From Nitrospinales bacterium (GTDB taxonomy: Bacteria; Nitrospinota_A; UBA7883; JACRGQ01): a stretch of 64,000 nucleotides of DNA. The position numbers and the translations under genes are program-made. The notes under the pieces were generated by a model. It was not told the origin of the DNA. It did not search any database and was given only the letters and a program-made list of their open reading frames with translations. The DNA is taken from positions 1,920 through 65,919 of the forward strand of contig JAHFEK010000008.1 of NCBI GenBank assembly GCA_023248495.1. The letters are read 5' to 3'. Positions 63,999 through 64,000 of this stretch are shown here, in pieces. Every line of letters starts with the position of its first letter. Positions within the stretch are counted from its first letter, which is position 1.

Positions 63999-64000
63999 CG

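Noticed and set aside
1-64000. Search for rRNA genes, CRISPR arrays, reverse transcriptases (retron/DGR/group II intron) and cas genes
   Set aside because: None recognised by eye. Apart from the features listed, there are no long conserved RNA-like non-coding stretches and no regularly spaced repeats of 24-40 nt. This is a manual scan only, so small ncRNAs could have been missed.

Overview
GC-rich chromosomal window from a diderm (Gram-negative-type) bacterium, probably an uncultivated lineage. BamA, Skp, lipoproteins, AMIN and L,D-transpeptidase genes are present. There is no rRNA and no CRISPR array. One intact tRNA-Thr(CGU) is present. Gene calls rest on motif recognition in the supplied translations plus manual checks of start codons and Shine-Dalgarno (SD) sites; no database search was possible. 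Layout: (1) 0-6 kb, membrane proteins: a YihY-cNMP fusion and two TVP38/DedA-like paralogs flanking a large permease-like protein. (2) 6-20 kb, an extracytoplasmic sulfur/thiol-redox neighbourhood. It holds a 757-aa lipoprotein with four rhodanese domains and an FN3 domain, a periplasmic tandem rhodanese, a membrane-anchored thioredoxin, DUF4395, an AhpD-like remnant, glycosyltransferases, an ArsR regulator with two methyltransferases, and ferredoxin-NADP reductase. (3) 20-29 kb, an RHH gene plus a Lys-rich sORF, long-form dCTP deaminase, AnmK, and a 933-aa FN3/Kelch lipoprotein. (4) 29.9-31.4 kb, an IS21 fragment and a DUF4143 ATPase. (5) 31.7-39.4 kb, a 7.6-kb integrative element in tRNA-Thr bounded by 52-bp direct repeats, with P4-type integrase, AlpA-like HTH, DnaB-N/AAA replicase, an iteron cluster and a DUF5681 TerS-like gene (satellite/PICI-like architecture). 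(6) 39.5-45.8 kb, housekeeping genes plus HEPN/MNT and RelE/XRE toxin-antitoxin pairs. (7) 45.8-64 kb, cell-envelope genes (amidase, GerMN, MurI, LDT, AMIN), a STAS-CheW-lidless Hsp70-QueD cluster, an HPr fusion protein, RlmN, Skp, BamA and a partial ClpC. Most unusual observation: two fragments of one encapsulin-like (family 2 shell) gene lie in the wrong order around a thiol-redox cassette. Both breakpoints carry the same 10-bp sequence, 2007 bp apart. Joining across them restores the shell-protein frame, and the reciprocal join puts a Tat signal in frame with the AhpD-like gene. This looks like the integration of a circular 2-kb unit. A 26/32-identical operator-like motif links this operon to the multi-rhodanese lipoprotein gene.
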